A stretch of 64,000 nucleotides of DNA, the filler included, from Globobulimina sp. (taxonomy: Eukaryota), in the NCBI GenBank assembly GCA_003354225.1. It is 10 parts of 10 records of this genome, joined end to end, with 100 filler letters (N's around TTAATTAATTAA, not from the genome) between each part and the next. Parts side by side here need not be neighbours in the genome. Positions count along the whole stretch, not along the records: positions 19,297 to 25,618 come from PIVH01000314.1; positions 25,719 to 32,026 come from PIVH01000315.1; 8 more parts are not named here. One strand, written 5' to 3'. Of this stretch, positions 19,713 through 31,074 are shown in pieces. Position numbers and translations under genes: made by a program. The notes under the pieces were generated by a model, which had not been told where the DNA came from, ran no database searches, and was given only the letters and a program-made list of their open reading frames with translations. Within the stretch, counting starts at the first letter, position 1, and each line of letters opens with the position of its first letter.

Positions 19713-20693
19713 ATGGATATACAACATAATTACACAGAGATGTCGTCTTTATCACTCCAATCAATGTTTTCCATCTCTGTATTTGCAATTGGGTTATTAG
19801 TACATATTGTTTCTTTATTGATGTTATATTATCATTTCCAAGAGAATTCTGTGCATTTCATAATCAAAATATCGTCATACGTTGCACTGTTATCAGCAAC
19901 AGCGATCACTGTATATTTCGGAATAATAAATAATAACTCAGTCGTTTCTTCATTCAATGATAATTATAAATTCATCGAGAAATATTGTGCAGTTTCAGTA
20001 ATAATTAGTGTTGTCATACGTAATGTGAATGCATTTTGTTTATTGACATTCTTTAAATCTCAGATATATTTTTTTTTTCAATCAACACCACACTCATTGT
20101 CAAGAAAAAGATATTTAATATGGATAATTATATACTTTGTGTTTTGTATCTCATGCATTCAACTCCAATGTTCTATGTTTGTGCCGATAATATTTCATGC
20201 GATGGATAATAAAAATAATAAGAAATGTGTTGGTGTTCCTGATGCAAATGCATCTGGTTCGTGGCTAATGTTTTATTTTATTTTCAATGTATTTGAAGCA
20301 TTTCAATTGTATGAATTGGCAAAGAAAACCAATCAATTAGACACATTGAAAAGTAATTTATCTTCCAATTTCAGTGGAAAACAAGACATTAATCCGAAAA
20401 TCATGAAAAAATGTTTACTCTCTGGGATAATTTTTATTGTTACTTCGTGGGCCGCAGTGCTCTGCACTGCTCTGTTTAAAATAAAAGTTATTTGGAGTTT
20501 TTATCCAATTGCACAAACTATAGCAATTGTGAGTGGATTTAATATTGAATGTGGCTGTCAAACTATGCACAATAATGACAAACAGCTGCTACAGCGACAA
20601 ATGCAAAGAGAAATATATCTTAAAAAACTTATGAATGCGTATTATTCTGCACCAAAAGACAGAGTGACAATGGTTATTACGCGGCCGTTATAA
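19713..20693 (+). CDS. Putative 7TM (GPCR-like) membrane protein
   Basis: 326-aa ORF with about 7 hydrophobic segments and a Cys at the top of TM3 and in the second extracellular loop. Confidence 0.65.
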   Translation: MDIQHNYTEMSSLSLQSMFSISVFAIGLLVHIVSLLMLYYHFQENSVHFIIKISSYVALLSATAITVYFGIINNNSVVSSFNDNYKFIEKYCAVSVIISVVIRNVNAFCLLTFFKSQIYFFFQSTPHSLSRKRYLIWIIIYFVFCISCIQLQCSMFVPIIFHAMDNKNNKKCVGVPDANASGSWLMFYFIFNVFEAFQLYELAKKTNQLDTLKSNLSSNFSGKQDINPKIMKKCLLSGIIFIVTSWAAVLCTALFKIKVIWSFYPIAQTIAIVSGFNIECGCQTMHNNDKQLLQRQMQREIYLKKLMNAYYSAPKDRVTMVITRPL

Positions 20694-20981
20694 ATAGTAT
20701 TATTATTATTAATTGCATGATAATTTAGAATAGGACCTGTTCGAAACACTTTTCTTTTATGTGCGAGGATAGAAAAAACCTTTCTTACTCTAAAAACAGT
20801 ACCACTATCACAAAGACCACAAAAATGAAAGCCGTATTAGCATCCGTGTGACAAGACGAAATTGTTGATTTTAGCAGTATTGATGTTGCGGCATTTGAAG
20901 ATTGGATGGTAGCATTTGATATACTGTCTGAGAAAGGGCATCGATATTTAATATTTTTAGGAAATAGAAACAATGAACAGT

Positions 20982-23270
20982 TCAATTCTGAATCGTAATA
21001 AGTTTGACAATATCTTTCTCATGCAACGGATGCGGAACATAACGAAATGTATCATCGGCATCAACTCTTGCCATTGTCATTGGTGTTGTCTTCATCAGAT
21101 CATCAAACATTGCGTCAACATTTGGTTTATTTGTATCAATCACTAACATGTCTTTTTCAAAATTATTATATTCATATCTCAGTGCTTTGCATAAGAATGA
21201 CAGAAAAGCAACAAAACATAATACTGCAATCATAAAAAAATACCAATCCAAATGTCCATTATTTAAATTATCAGTAATCCATAAATTATGTTTATTGCTA
21301 TTTACCAACATAATAAATATTCCAACTAACCATGAACCTAAGACAGACAGTATAGGCAGTAAATAAATTGAAATCATAAATATAATACAAAATTTACACA
21401 AACAATATTATTTATGTTTGTGTAGCACAATGTTATTGTTTCCGAACATGTCCACACAAACATAAATTATTTTATGTATAATTGTATACAAATACTATTT
21501 GTATTATAATATCATTCACTTTACCTAAGCCAGTAGTTACTAAGTTGAATGACGCCAAAATGGAACGCATTTCAGGTGGTGCCTGACCAAAAAAAAACTC
21601 TAATCCAGTTATTGATGTCAACACTTCAGATATCCCAACAAATATAAACTGCGGCATTTGATAAAAAATAGATATATCAGAGACATAAATTATATCATTT
21701 GTATTACTATTACCGTTGCATGCGGATGGTATGTCACTTATCGCTGTCTGTTTCCTCCACATCTCCAATATGCCCGCACTTATCATGGCGAACATAGCGA
21801 ACAAAAAGCCGCATCCCATTCGCTGCAGCATAGTAACTCTGAAATTTCTTTGCCGCAAACACGGTATCAATATTCGATCAAAAAACGGCACTAAAACCAA
21901 TATAGGAATAACATCAAACAACGACAATGCAGCAATTGGAATGTTGATATGTTTAATTTTAATCTTCATTTGGCAGCCTTGGGCGTAAAATAATGTGCTT
22001 AAATTGGCATAAACACACCAATAAATCACATTGAATGCCAAGAATGGCAGTAAATTCACCACAGCTTTGACGGACTCAACCTGCTCATTTCCGTATTTTA
22101 TCTTCGCATTATCCAATGCTCCATGTCGCAAACCATAAACTATGATTTTTAAAAATGGAGCTAATACACTTCCCTGCGGAGAGACGACGCGATAAAATTT
22201 CGAACATAGCACAAAAATAAGAGCGGCAATAACCAATGCAAATGCTGCCACAGAATAACCAATTCCAAAGTTGACGTTTTGGCATAAATAGGCAACCACT
22301 GACAATGCCAGAAATGAGCCCAAATTGATACTAAAATAAAACCAATTAAAAAAAGATTCTTTTTGCTTTGATTGGTGAAAAAATAACTCATTTGATTCCT
22401 TTTCATCAACAATCAGTGATGAATGGATATTTTCAGTCTCGTTGAGTGCAGTGGTTTGTAATGCTATTCTTTCCTCCGTCATATTCACAGAATAATCGTC
22501 TGCAATTTCCACCATTAAACCATCATTGTTCAGATCATACGATATTGGCATTAATTCACTTGTAAATTGAGTATTGCTTCGCTGATGTTTGAGGCTAAAG
22601 AGAGGCTCATCACTTTCAAATTGTTCTGCTCCCAATGTACTCACATTTGGTTTAATTCCGCCTATATATTTAATTTTTAATTTAGCGTTTTCTGACAATA
22701 CAATATAGTGCAAAAGACCTGTTCCAAGAGCCACAAAATACAGAGCTACCCAGAAAATTATTTGTTCCGATTGCAATTGATTACTATCACGATCCTGAGA
22801 TAATATCCATGAAATAATTGCTATTGAAATAATACCAATGAGATAAAATATAATAAATAGTAATATGGCATAATATCGACCCAAATAAGTATCGGCAACA
22901 TATCCTCCGATCAGTGGAGTTAAATCTGAGTAGTGAGTAACATCAAATCATATATTTTGTTGCTCAAATAATTAAGTTTTAATACTTAACAGCAAACACC
23001 ACCAAACAATGCCACATTAAATGATGCGTTGGCCTTTGATTGACCCAGTTCGTTTTGGAGAAATAGATTTAATGAGCCTTGGATTCCATAATAACATAAT
23101 CGTTCACAAAATTCGGTACCTATTATAGCTGCGACTACAAAATATAAATACTTTGGAGAATACGGTGTGTTGTTGAATGGGGATGCCATTGATGGATGTG
23201 ATGATGAATGAGAATCGTCTCGATTCTCTTTGCTTTGTGACAAGGGAATGTAAATGAAGAAATGCAGCAT
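20982..23270 (-). CDS. POT/PTR/NPF family proton-dependent oligopeptide (or nitrate) transporter, about 3 introns
   Basis: EFCERLCYYG motif, GGYVADTYLGRY, GGIKPNVSTLGAEQF, FFNWFYFSINLGS and LEFFFGQAPPEMRS. Confidence 0.92.
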
Positions 23271-23389
23271 AAAATACTAAACTCCAAATGTTCTTCGAGC
23301 ATTATGTTGATTTATCAAAAAACGAACGCATTATGCAACCACAAAAGATTTAAACTTTAAACTACTTCAGTTTTACCACACTAACTACA

Positions 23390-25231
23390 ATGCGAACTGA
23401 ACAAGTGGCAGACCAATCTGGAAACGATTTAGCAAAAGAGTCCTCAAAACGAACAGCCAATTTAATCTCATTAGTAGCACTCGGTGTTGGTGCAGTAATC
23501 TCGGGTGATTTTTTTGGATGGAACTTCGGTTTAGAACGTGGTGGTTTTGGTGGATTAATAATCGCCACAATATTAGTTGGTTTAATGTATGTTTGTGTAT
23601 CATTATCATTGGCCGAATTAGCTGCAATGTATCCATCAGGTTTGAATATATACAATATACCATATATACATATTTCTTATTGATTTAAAATTAGCTGAAG
23701 GAGCATTTAAATTTTCACGACACGCATTAGGACCATACGCAGGTTTTTGCTGCGGGTTATCAGAGTCATTAGAATATGTATTATTAGTTCCAGTAATTAT
23801 CACCGGTTTAGGCGATCAGTTAAATGTTTTATTTGGAATCACGGAGCCTGCCGCGCAGATTGGTTGGTGGCTGTTATTATGCATATTTTATGCGGTATTA
23901 CATTTATGGGGGCCCAAAACTACATTTTTAAGTAATGTGGTTATTACCGCATGCTCTCTATTCACATTAGTTCTGTATTGGTGTGTATGTATATCAATGA
24001 TTGATGGCGATGCGTTAACTGATCGTATATATAATATGCCACCAGATCCGAGTTATTCCGACTCTACAAAATTTTTACCAAAAGGTGGATACGGTGTATT
24101 TACAGCATTGGTGTTCGCAGCATGGTTTTTTATCGCAGTGGAAGAGCTACCGTTGGCTGGCGAAGATGCCATAAATCCAACACGTGATATTCCGAGAGCA
24201 CTGATTGGATCTATTGCTATCTTAATGATTACAGCCTTTGTGACTGCATTCTTTTCTGTTTCTGTGCCGGGCGGTTCATTTAATATCGCAAGTACTGGCG
24301 CACCATTAGCAAGAGCATTGATTGCTGGTTTAATGGATAACTGTGTCAATTTAAATGACCCATCGGCGCAGAATGCAGAAGATTTATGTAATGATAGTTC
24401 ATTAAATTGCGAGTATAATGCTCATGAAGGGACGTGTTGGGATTCATCATTATCAAAAAGTGCGACGGCATGGGAAATTGTTATAAATTTAGGTACTTTA
24501 ATTGGACTCTTAAATTCGTGTCATGCCATCATTTTTGCTGGAGGTAAGTTTGTAATTTCAGTCAGAAAACAAAAACACAAATCACCTCCGCAACACGTAC
24601 ATGTACAACAATTTGTGTTTTTGTTGTATATACAATGCGACATTTTTAATATTGCAGCAACAAGGTCTGTTTTTGTGTGTACATAGGACGGCAGTTAATG
24701 AGTTTAACCCGAAACGGTATCTTTCCCCCATTTACTAAATTTGACGTATGTAAGGCGGATGGTACGCCATGGGTAGCATTACTCGTTGATATTATATTAT
24801 CGTTTATAATATCATTAATTGTGTACTTAATTGGGGAAGGAGTAGATTTTTTAGTTGGTTTATCCGTAGCAGCGGCATGTGTCAGTTACATATTGTCTAT
24901 GATCTCTTATATTGTATTAAAAAAATCCAAACCTGACAATGAAGAGTATAGCCGGCCATATAAATCACCTCTAAATATTATTGGTGCTGGCTATGCTGCG
25001 ATATTAGCACTTTTGGTTGGTATCTCATTCTTTGTTGATATTGGTGTTGGTCTTGGTGCAGTTATTACTGTCGTTGTTCTTGTTGTGTTCATACTAATTT
25101 ATGGTTTATTATCAATTGATTATAAATGGGGATGTTGTGGTAAATTATCTGGGAAACAAAGATATGATGAATATGAAAATAAAGAAAATCAATATCAAAA
25201 TAAAAGTAAGAACATTGAAATTCAAACATAA
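23390..25231 (+). CDS. APC amino-acid permease, ethanolamine permease (Eat)-like; 2 introns (~23640-23694, ~24544-24687)
   Basis: GVGAVISGDFFGWNFGLERGGFGG...SLAELAAMYP, AAWFFIAVEELPLAGED...PTRDIP and RPYKSP. Confidence 0.88.
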
Positions 25232-25618
25232 AAAAATAATGAACCTGGTAATGATAATGCGGTCATTGCAAAATTCGCATTATTAATCATAAACTTTGCA
25301 ATTCTGTGTTTTATTTTGCTTGTTGTGTGCTGAATTTATTTTTTATTTCTAAAATACACTTTTTGTTTGAACGATAAATCACATTATAATTAGATATAAC
25401 TTTGTCTTGAACGAGTTGAGCAGCAACGTAATTCGAGGACATTACACGAGAGCAGTAGGTCATTCTAGTATTTTACCAAAAGGCAGTAATTTCGTGGCTA
25501 GGAACGTGTTTCCAAAAAACAGTTTTTAAGGTCAAGGGCGCGCCATACAATGTTTTACCTTTTGGTACAATGTTTTACCAAAAAAAAGACCATACAGTGA
25601 ATTTTGTCCAATCTGTTC

Positions 25619-25718
25619 NNNNNNNNNNNNNNNNNNNNNNNNNNNNNNNNNNNNNNNNNNNNTTAATTAATTAANNNNNNNNNNNNNNNNNNNNNNNNNN
25701 NNNNNNNNNNNNNNNNNN
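25619..25718. other. Artificial contig linker
   Basis: N44-TTAATTAATTAA-N44. Confidence 0.98.
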
Positions 25719-25977
25719 TTCCTAAATATTTTTTAGCAACTAGAGAATTTATACAACAGTTCGTTGATTGACCATCTCGAAAGCAATTCTTCGGGGAAAG
25801 ATGACCATACCCTTGATTCAATCTTTTCACAAAAGGATCATGGCTTCGCCCAATATATTTTATTGTTTTATTAATACTAAAACAGTAGAGCCCCTTTAAA
25901 TTGGTAATTGATGTTGTTGCAATTGAAAAATCACAAAATGTATCATCTCCATGTTTATTCAAAAAGCGCAGATAAAA
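25719..25977 (-). CDS. Fragment of a prokaryotic-type GIY-YIG nuclease-like protein (probable chimeric end)
   Basis: KGLYCFSINKTIKYIGRS...KRLNQGYG...KNCFRDGQSTNC. Begins immediately after the importin stop with no start codon of its own. Confidence 0.55.
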
Positions 25978-27720
25978 CTAAAAATTAAACCGAAAAGAAT
26001 TATCATTTTCAAAGCTTGCATTATTAAATGCATTTGTACCAAATTCAAATTGTTTTCCATTTATATTTGGATTAATAACACATGGTATTTCTGGTTGTTG
26101 TTGCAGCTCGCCCCAATATTTATGCATCAAATTAATAATCGAATGCCATGTTTCCTCAGAAATAGTATTGTCAGTACTTCTCGCTTCTAAATAATCCAAA
26201 CCTTGACATTCTTCAATTTGTTGAGCAAACGGATTTATATTCATAACATCGCCAAATGTCGCTAAAAACGATTCTAATCCTTCGATAATTACCAACATAT
26301 TCTGTTCAGTTATGTCATTTATTGGGTTCAGTAATGAGCACAATGCCTCAATGCCGCCATATTCCGCTAATTGTTTTTTTTGAAATGTATTTCCATCATT
26401 TACAATGTTACAAATACCGTAACACGCCTCAACCTTTACAGATAACACATCATTATTTGCACAGTTTATAATGGATCTAATTAATTGTTCCTTTTCCAAA
26501 ATACAGCCAATTTGCACCGGTGTACCCGCCAAAATATTACTTAACGACCACATAACTTCTTTTCTTTGTTTTGCGATGAAATGATAAGTAAATGGTTCAA
26601 TCACATCCAAATAACCACAATCTAAAACACTTTGTGTCAACAGGTCACCGCAGGACAACACATTACCTATAAACCGCAAACATGGTCGATATATCTTACA
26701 ATTCAAGGACAGCATTGCTGTTTTTGCGTTATTCGATTGGTTCAACGCAACCTCGTATTTGCCGACTTGTACAGTTAATAATTTCATGACAATATTAATA
26801 GAGCCTTCGCCAACCATGAAAGCACAGACTTGCTCGCTTCTGGCACTTAAAAAATTGAATATCCATAGACAATTCTCAATGATTTCTTCGTCGTAATTTA
26901 TGAATCTGCGCAATATTCTGCATAGTATACATACTAAATTCAACTCTTTTATCTGTCGCAATTTTATCACATTGGCAACGCGCAAGATATTGCTCATAAA
27001 CCATGTGGCAATGCTTTGTAACTCGGAATTTAAATTTGCTGATTCATCGATTATTTCTACAACATTGGTAATCACACCGGTACTGAATATACGTTGGTGT
27101 ATTTCAGCGCCGTTACTCGATATATTGCCCAAGCCCCAAATTGCCTGCGTTGCCATCTCCCGATTGAATCTGCCTTCAGTATGCAATAAATGCACAAGAG
27201 CTTCGATGCCGCCATATTTAACGACGCGCATTGTACACTCATTGGTGCCCGCACAGATATTTGTTATTGTCCAAGCGGACTCGAATGCTAATTGCGAAAA
27301 CATTTCTGTCTTATTGTTGTTATACATAAATTGTATGATTTTGGGCAGGATAGCACCGAAACATATATGTTGCGACAGTTTGGTTGGTGGCTCCCGATCT
27401 GTGGATAATAGTTTGCGGATTGAGGATAAACCGAATAATTGCAATGGTGGGTTCTCGCTTTGCATCACGTTTGCTATGTATATGGAGATGTCCTTTTTAA
27501 GTGGTTCTGGTTTCAGGTCTTCGCCGGCCTTCTCATCGAATGAGGATGTTTTCTTTGTTAAACGCATACGCACTTTTTTTTGTAAACGTTCTTCTCGTTG
27601 TTTTCGACGTAGTGATAATTGGATATCACAGCGTTGTGCACGCGCTTTTTCGGTGTCTAATCCTTTTTGGAATTGACGCCGATTACTATTGTTAAACATG
27701 ATGTTCTTTGTTTGATGCAA
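25978..27720 (-). CDS. KPNA: Importin subunit alpha (IBB domain + ARM repeats)
   Basis: Basic IBB region 'LSLRRKQREERLQKK' and ARM motifs FESAWTITNICAG, QAIWGLGNIS and RKEVMWSLSNILAG. Confidence 0.93.
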   Translation of the reverse strand: MHQTKNIMFNNSNRRQFQKGLDTEKARAQRCDIQLSLRRKQREERLQKKVRMRLTKKTSSFDEKAGEDLKPEPLKKDISIYIANVMQSENPPLQLFGLSSIRKLLSTDREPPTKLSQHICFGAILPKIIQFMYNNNKTEMFSQLAFESAWTITNICAGTNECTMRVVKYGGIEALVHLLHTEGRFNREMATQAIWGLGNISSNGAEIHQRIFSTGVITNVVEIIDESANLNSELQSIATWFMSNILRVANVIKLRQIKELNLVCILCRILRRFINYDEEIIENCLWIFNFLSARSEQVCAFMVGEGSINIVMKLLTVQVGKYEVALNQSNNAKTAMLSLNCKIYRPCLRFIGNVLSCGDLLTQSVLDCGYLDVIEPFTYHFIAKQRKEVMWSLSNILAGTPVQIGCILEKEQLIRSIINCANNDVLSVKVEACYGICNIVNDGNTFQKKQLAEYGGIEALCSLLNPINDITEQNMLVIIEGLESFLATFGDVMNINPFAQQIEECQGLDYLEARSTDNTISEETWHSIINLMHKYWGELQQQPEIPCVINPNINGKQFEFGTNAFNNASFENDNSFRFNF

Positions 27721-27934
27721 TTGTGTGGAATCGGTCAGTATTTATGATGGACGGAATTAGAAATTAGACCATGAGATCAGACCATGAATTGAGGACTGGA
27801 CCACTTCAAAAAAATGAAAAAATGTTTTGAGATCGCATTATAATTAAAAATAAAATAGCATACTACACTAAAATTATAAGAGAACAATCTATAGTAACTC
27901 AATCAAAATATTTATAGTATCACTTGCATGAAAC

Positions 27935-29497
27935 TTATTTGACCATAAATACTTCAACTTCTTTAACTTTGAAATTTTTTACATCACCATTTAAATAATG
28001 TGGCTTTGGCAAACCATAAACTTTTTGGGTTGTTTGTGAATCTGTACCATTATTGCAATTCTCGTATATGGCTAAATCTGTCTCAGCTCCCCATCCACAA
28101 AGCATATCATCATAATGGCACACTGCATCTTTGTTGTTTTTTTGCAACAAATTGAAAATTTGCGGTGGATACTTTTTAGAGGACCTAATAAGAAACAAAA
28201 ACGCATTCTTATCTGCGATTTGAGCATCATCATTTGCCCACGCTTTGGATGTATAACCACCAAAAACATTATTTATATCCGAATGTATTATGGCCACCGT
28301 TTTTTTCCCTTTGTCATCACATTTACTATGAAAGTCATATGAAGTCCAACCATCTCTGCTGGCTCTGTATAACAAACTAAATTTATTACAGACATTGACT
28401 GAATTCATTAAGCCTAAAAATATATTTTTCTCATTTTCTTTCAAAATCAACGAGTCAATTTTCTTTGTTTTGAAAGTTACAATGTTTGAATATGGAGAAT
28501 ATCCGTACTTTTTTTTCCATTTTGCTCTGACTTTATACTGTGTATTATCGCATAAATTCGCACACTGAAATTGTGGCAACGGATTCCAATCTGCCTTCTT
28601 TTCATCCCCTCCATCTTTATCTATCTCGACAACATATTCTAAACATTTCATTTCATGAAACTTAATTATAGCACTTGTTGTGGTAATAGCGTCAACACAA
28701 AATATTGGCACATTTGGATGTAGAGAATGATGGCTATCGATAGCGCCAATATTTGCAATAAATTTAAATATTTTATGCTTATCGAATTTCATTACCAAAG
28801 GCGCAAATTTTGGTTTCTTTTCCATAATTTGATGATTTATTTTCTTATTAATTTTAATAATCTTCGCCTGTCTCTTCATTGCATCTAAATTTGTGTCATT
28901 AAGCAATTTTTGTTGAGCACTTTGTGCATTGGATAATGCTAAACGATATTTTTTTATTTTATTTAAATATGACAATATTTGTTGTTGTTTTTTATTTATT
29001 TCGTTGTTGGATTTGTTTCGTAATTCATTCATTCTAATTTTTATTTTATTAATGATTTCATTCTCGAATACGTCTACTTTAGCTACATTTTCTTTGCTTA
29101 CATTATTTAATGTATTTATATCATTGTCTAATTTTTGCATATATTGTGTTGTGAGGTGGTATGCACTTTGTATCTGATGCATTGCTTCATTTTCCTCTTT
29201 ACTTAGTACAATAGTTCGTATTATTTGTGTTGGTTGTTGGGAAACAGCAGTTGTTTGTGTTTGTGTTTGCAATGTTTTAACAGATTTACTGAATCTATTT
29301 GCCATCATGCCACTTAATTTTAAATCTTCATTAATAAATGAATCTAAATATTGCAGATTATATTCTTTCAATTCTTGCAATGACACATCGAATTCTATAA
29401 TTTTATGTTTGGCCTTCAATAACTTATTTGCTGTTAACCACTCAATCAAGTCACCACCACCTTCGCAGCCACCTTCGTCAGTATCGATTTGATCCAT
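27935..29497 (-). CDS. SAM-like / coiled-coil / FN3 / TLDc domain protein
   Basis: TLDc motifs LLYRASRDG...FHSKCD, VFGGYTSKAW and FKVKEVEVF. FN3-like 'YKVRAK...GYSPYSNIVTFKT'. Likely start is MDQIDT at 29497. Confidence 0.85.
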   Translation of the reverse strand: MDQIDTDEGGCEGGGDLIEWLTANKLLKAKHKIIEFDVSLQELKEYNLQYLDSFINEDLKLSGMMANRFSKSVKTLQTQTQTTAVSQQPTQIIRTIVLSKEENEAMHQIQSAYHLTTQYMQKLDNDINTLNNVSKENVAKVDVFENEIINKIKIRMNELRNKSNNEINKKQQQILSYLNKIKKYRLALSNAQSAQQKLLNDTNLDAMKRQAKIIKINKKINHQIMEKKPKFAPLVMKFDKHKIFKFIANIGAIDSHHSLHPNVPIFCVDAITTTSAIIKFHEMKCLEYVVEIDKDGGDEKKADWNPLPQFQCANLCDNTQYKVRAKWKKKYGYSPYSNIVTFKTKKIDSLILKENEKNIFLGLMNSVNVCNKFSLLYRASRDGWTSYDFHSKCDDKGKKTVAIIHSDINNVFGGYTSKAWANDDAQIADKNAFLFLIRSSKKYPPQIFNLLQKNNKDAVCHYDDMLCGWGAETDLAIYENCNNGTDSQTTQKVYGLPKPHYLNGDVKNFKVKEVEVFMVK

Positions 29498-29542
29498 GTG
29501 CTGGATACAGGATACTTCACTTAGTTCACTATGATTTAAACA

Positions 29543-30886
29543 ATGTCGACGTTTGCATTGCATTTAGTGGGAATATTATTATTATTTTACATCCTACCAA
29601 CTACCTATGCGCAATCACAGGATAAAGTTTGTGTCACAGGATCATTGCATTCAGCTGTAAATGGCATTTACAAATATCTACCTTTGTACACAAGTGTTGT
29701 AAATGTCTCAGCATATTATAATGCACAACAAAATATGCATCTCTCTCTGCAACTTGATGCAAATGGAAGTGATGGAAGTTATTATATTTTGCATAACAAA
29801 TCCGAATCTGTTATTTCATATTGCGATGTAGATGGAAACACTTCATCTCTCTATGGATTTAATCCAAACGATTGCTATGCAAATTGGAAAACATCTGTGA
29901 ATGGCTCGTATACTCCAGACACAAACATGCGACTAGTAAACTGTAATAATATTTGCGTAACAAACAATTATTATCCATATTTAGATGGTGCCTATATTTG
30001 GTCATATTATAACGCAACAATAAATAGTTCGATATATTATTGTAACAGCAGTGATGCCTATTTATACGGATATATTCTGTCTTCGGTGAACAGTTATTGG
30101 TTGTTGATAGGTCCTGAGCCAGATTCAATTGATGCTTCCAGTTCCTGCTATTTAGGAACTGATTTAGCAAATAATCATAGATTTAATGTGGACGAATGTA
30201 GTGAATGGAACACATATGACAGTTCAGAGTGGGTACGAGATACAAATATGATTGTACGTGAATGTGAGATGGATAATATAATTTATACATCAACTCTCAC
30301 TCTCAGTACTTTGGATGTAATACATGAGAGAATATATAATGATCAACAAATGGTGGTGCTTTTGTTATGTATCATAGGTTTTTTAGTTGCAATTGTAGCA
30401 CTGTTTGTGTGTGTTTGTTTGTGTTATGTAAGACATATTAACAGCAAATTGAACGGATTACAATTGGATAATATAAATGTGCAATATATGCCACCCGAAC
30501 TAAGAGGAAACACTTTTGAATTGAAGGAGCCGGAGATGAGTTCGACGATATTAATACAGGCACACGGTTTTGCTACTGGGAAGTTTAAGGTTACTATGGA
30601 TGGTATGGAGTATGATGAGAATGAAGGTGCAGATAGTGATGGTGCCGATGGTGAAATATCAATATCAAATGTGAAAAAAGATTCAGATGATAGTGGTAGT
30701 GATGATATTTATGCAGAGAATATGGCAGAGTCAAAGGATGGAGTCACAACCAAAATATTGACAGCGATGGGGAATGCTAACGATAATGATGTACAAACAC
30801 ATGGAAAGCCGCAAAAGGTATTGGATGATAACGATGTTTCTGAGGAAAACACAAACGTGCTGTTTCATATGATTGTAGATTGCTAA
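29543..30886 (+). CDS. Type I membrane glycoprotein with two repeated Cys/Tyr-rich ectodomain modules
   Basis: Signal peptide, two repeats (VCVTG...W...DTNMRL and ICVTN...W...DTNMIV), one TM helix and an acidic tail. Confidence 0.7.
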   Translation: MSTFALHLVGILLLFYILPTTYAQSQDKVCVTGSLHSAVNGIYKYLPLYTSVVNVSAYYNAQQNMHLSLQLDANGSDGSYYILHNKSESVISYCDVDGNTSSLYGFNPNDCYANWKTSVNGSYTPDTNMRLVNCNNICVTNNYYPYLDGAYIWSYYNATINSSIYYCNSSDAYLYGYILSSVNSYWLLIGPEPDSIDASSSCYLGTDLANNHRFNVDECSEWNTYDSSEWVRDTNMIVRECEMDNIIYTSTLTLSTLDVIHERIYNDQQMVVLLLCIIGFLVAIVALFVCVCLCYVRHINSKLNGLQLDNINVQYMPPELRGNTFELKEPEMSSTILIQAHGFATGKFKVTMDGMEYDENEGADSDGADGEISISNVKKDSDDSGSDDIYAENMAESKDGVTTKILTAMGNANDNDVQTHGKPQKVLDDNDVSEENTNVLFHMIVDC

Positions 30887-31074
30887 TATATACTGAAATG
30901 TCAGGGTTTTAAAATGTGGGTCATGACTTTTTTTTTTATCATGCAACCCATCAAAATTCACTCGGCAACAACGCATCAAAAATTGAAAATGAAATGATTC
31001 GATTCAACAAAAAAGTCAAAAATGAAAACACTAGCAACACTGGTTTTACTTAAAAGAAAAACTTTAAACAGAAG

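Noticed and set aside
25495-25618. Short repeats (TACAATGTTTTACC x2) at the contig end as a mobile element
   Set aside because: Too short and truncated to define. It may be a repeat remnant but cannot be supported.
26900-27676. 258-aa plus-strand ORF
   Set aside because: Antisense to importin alpha, with no recognisable motif.
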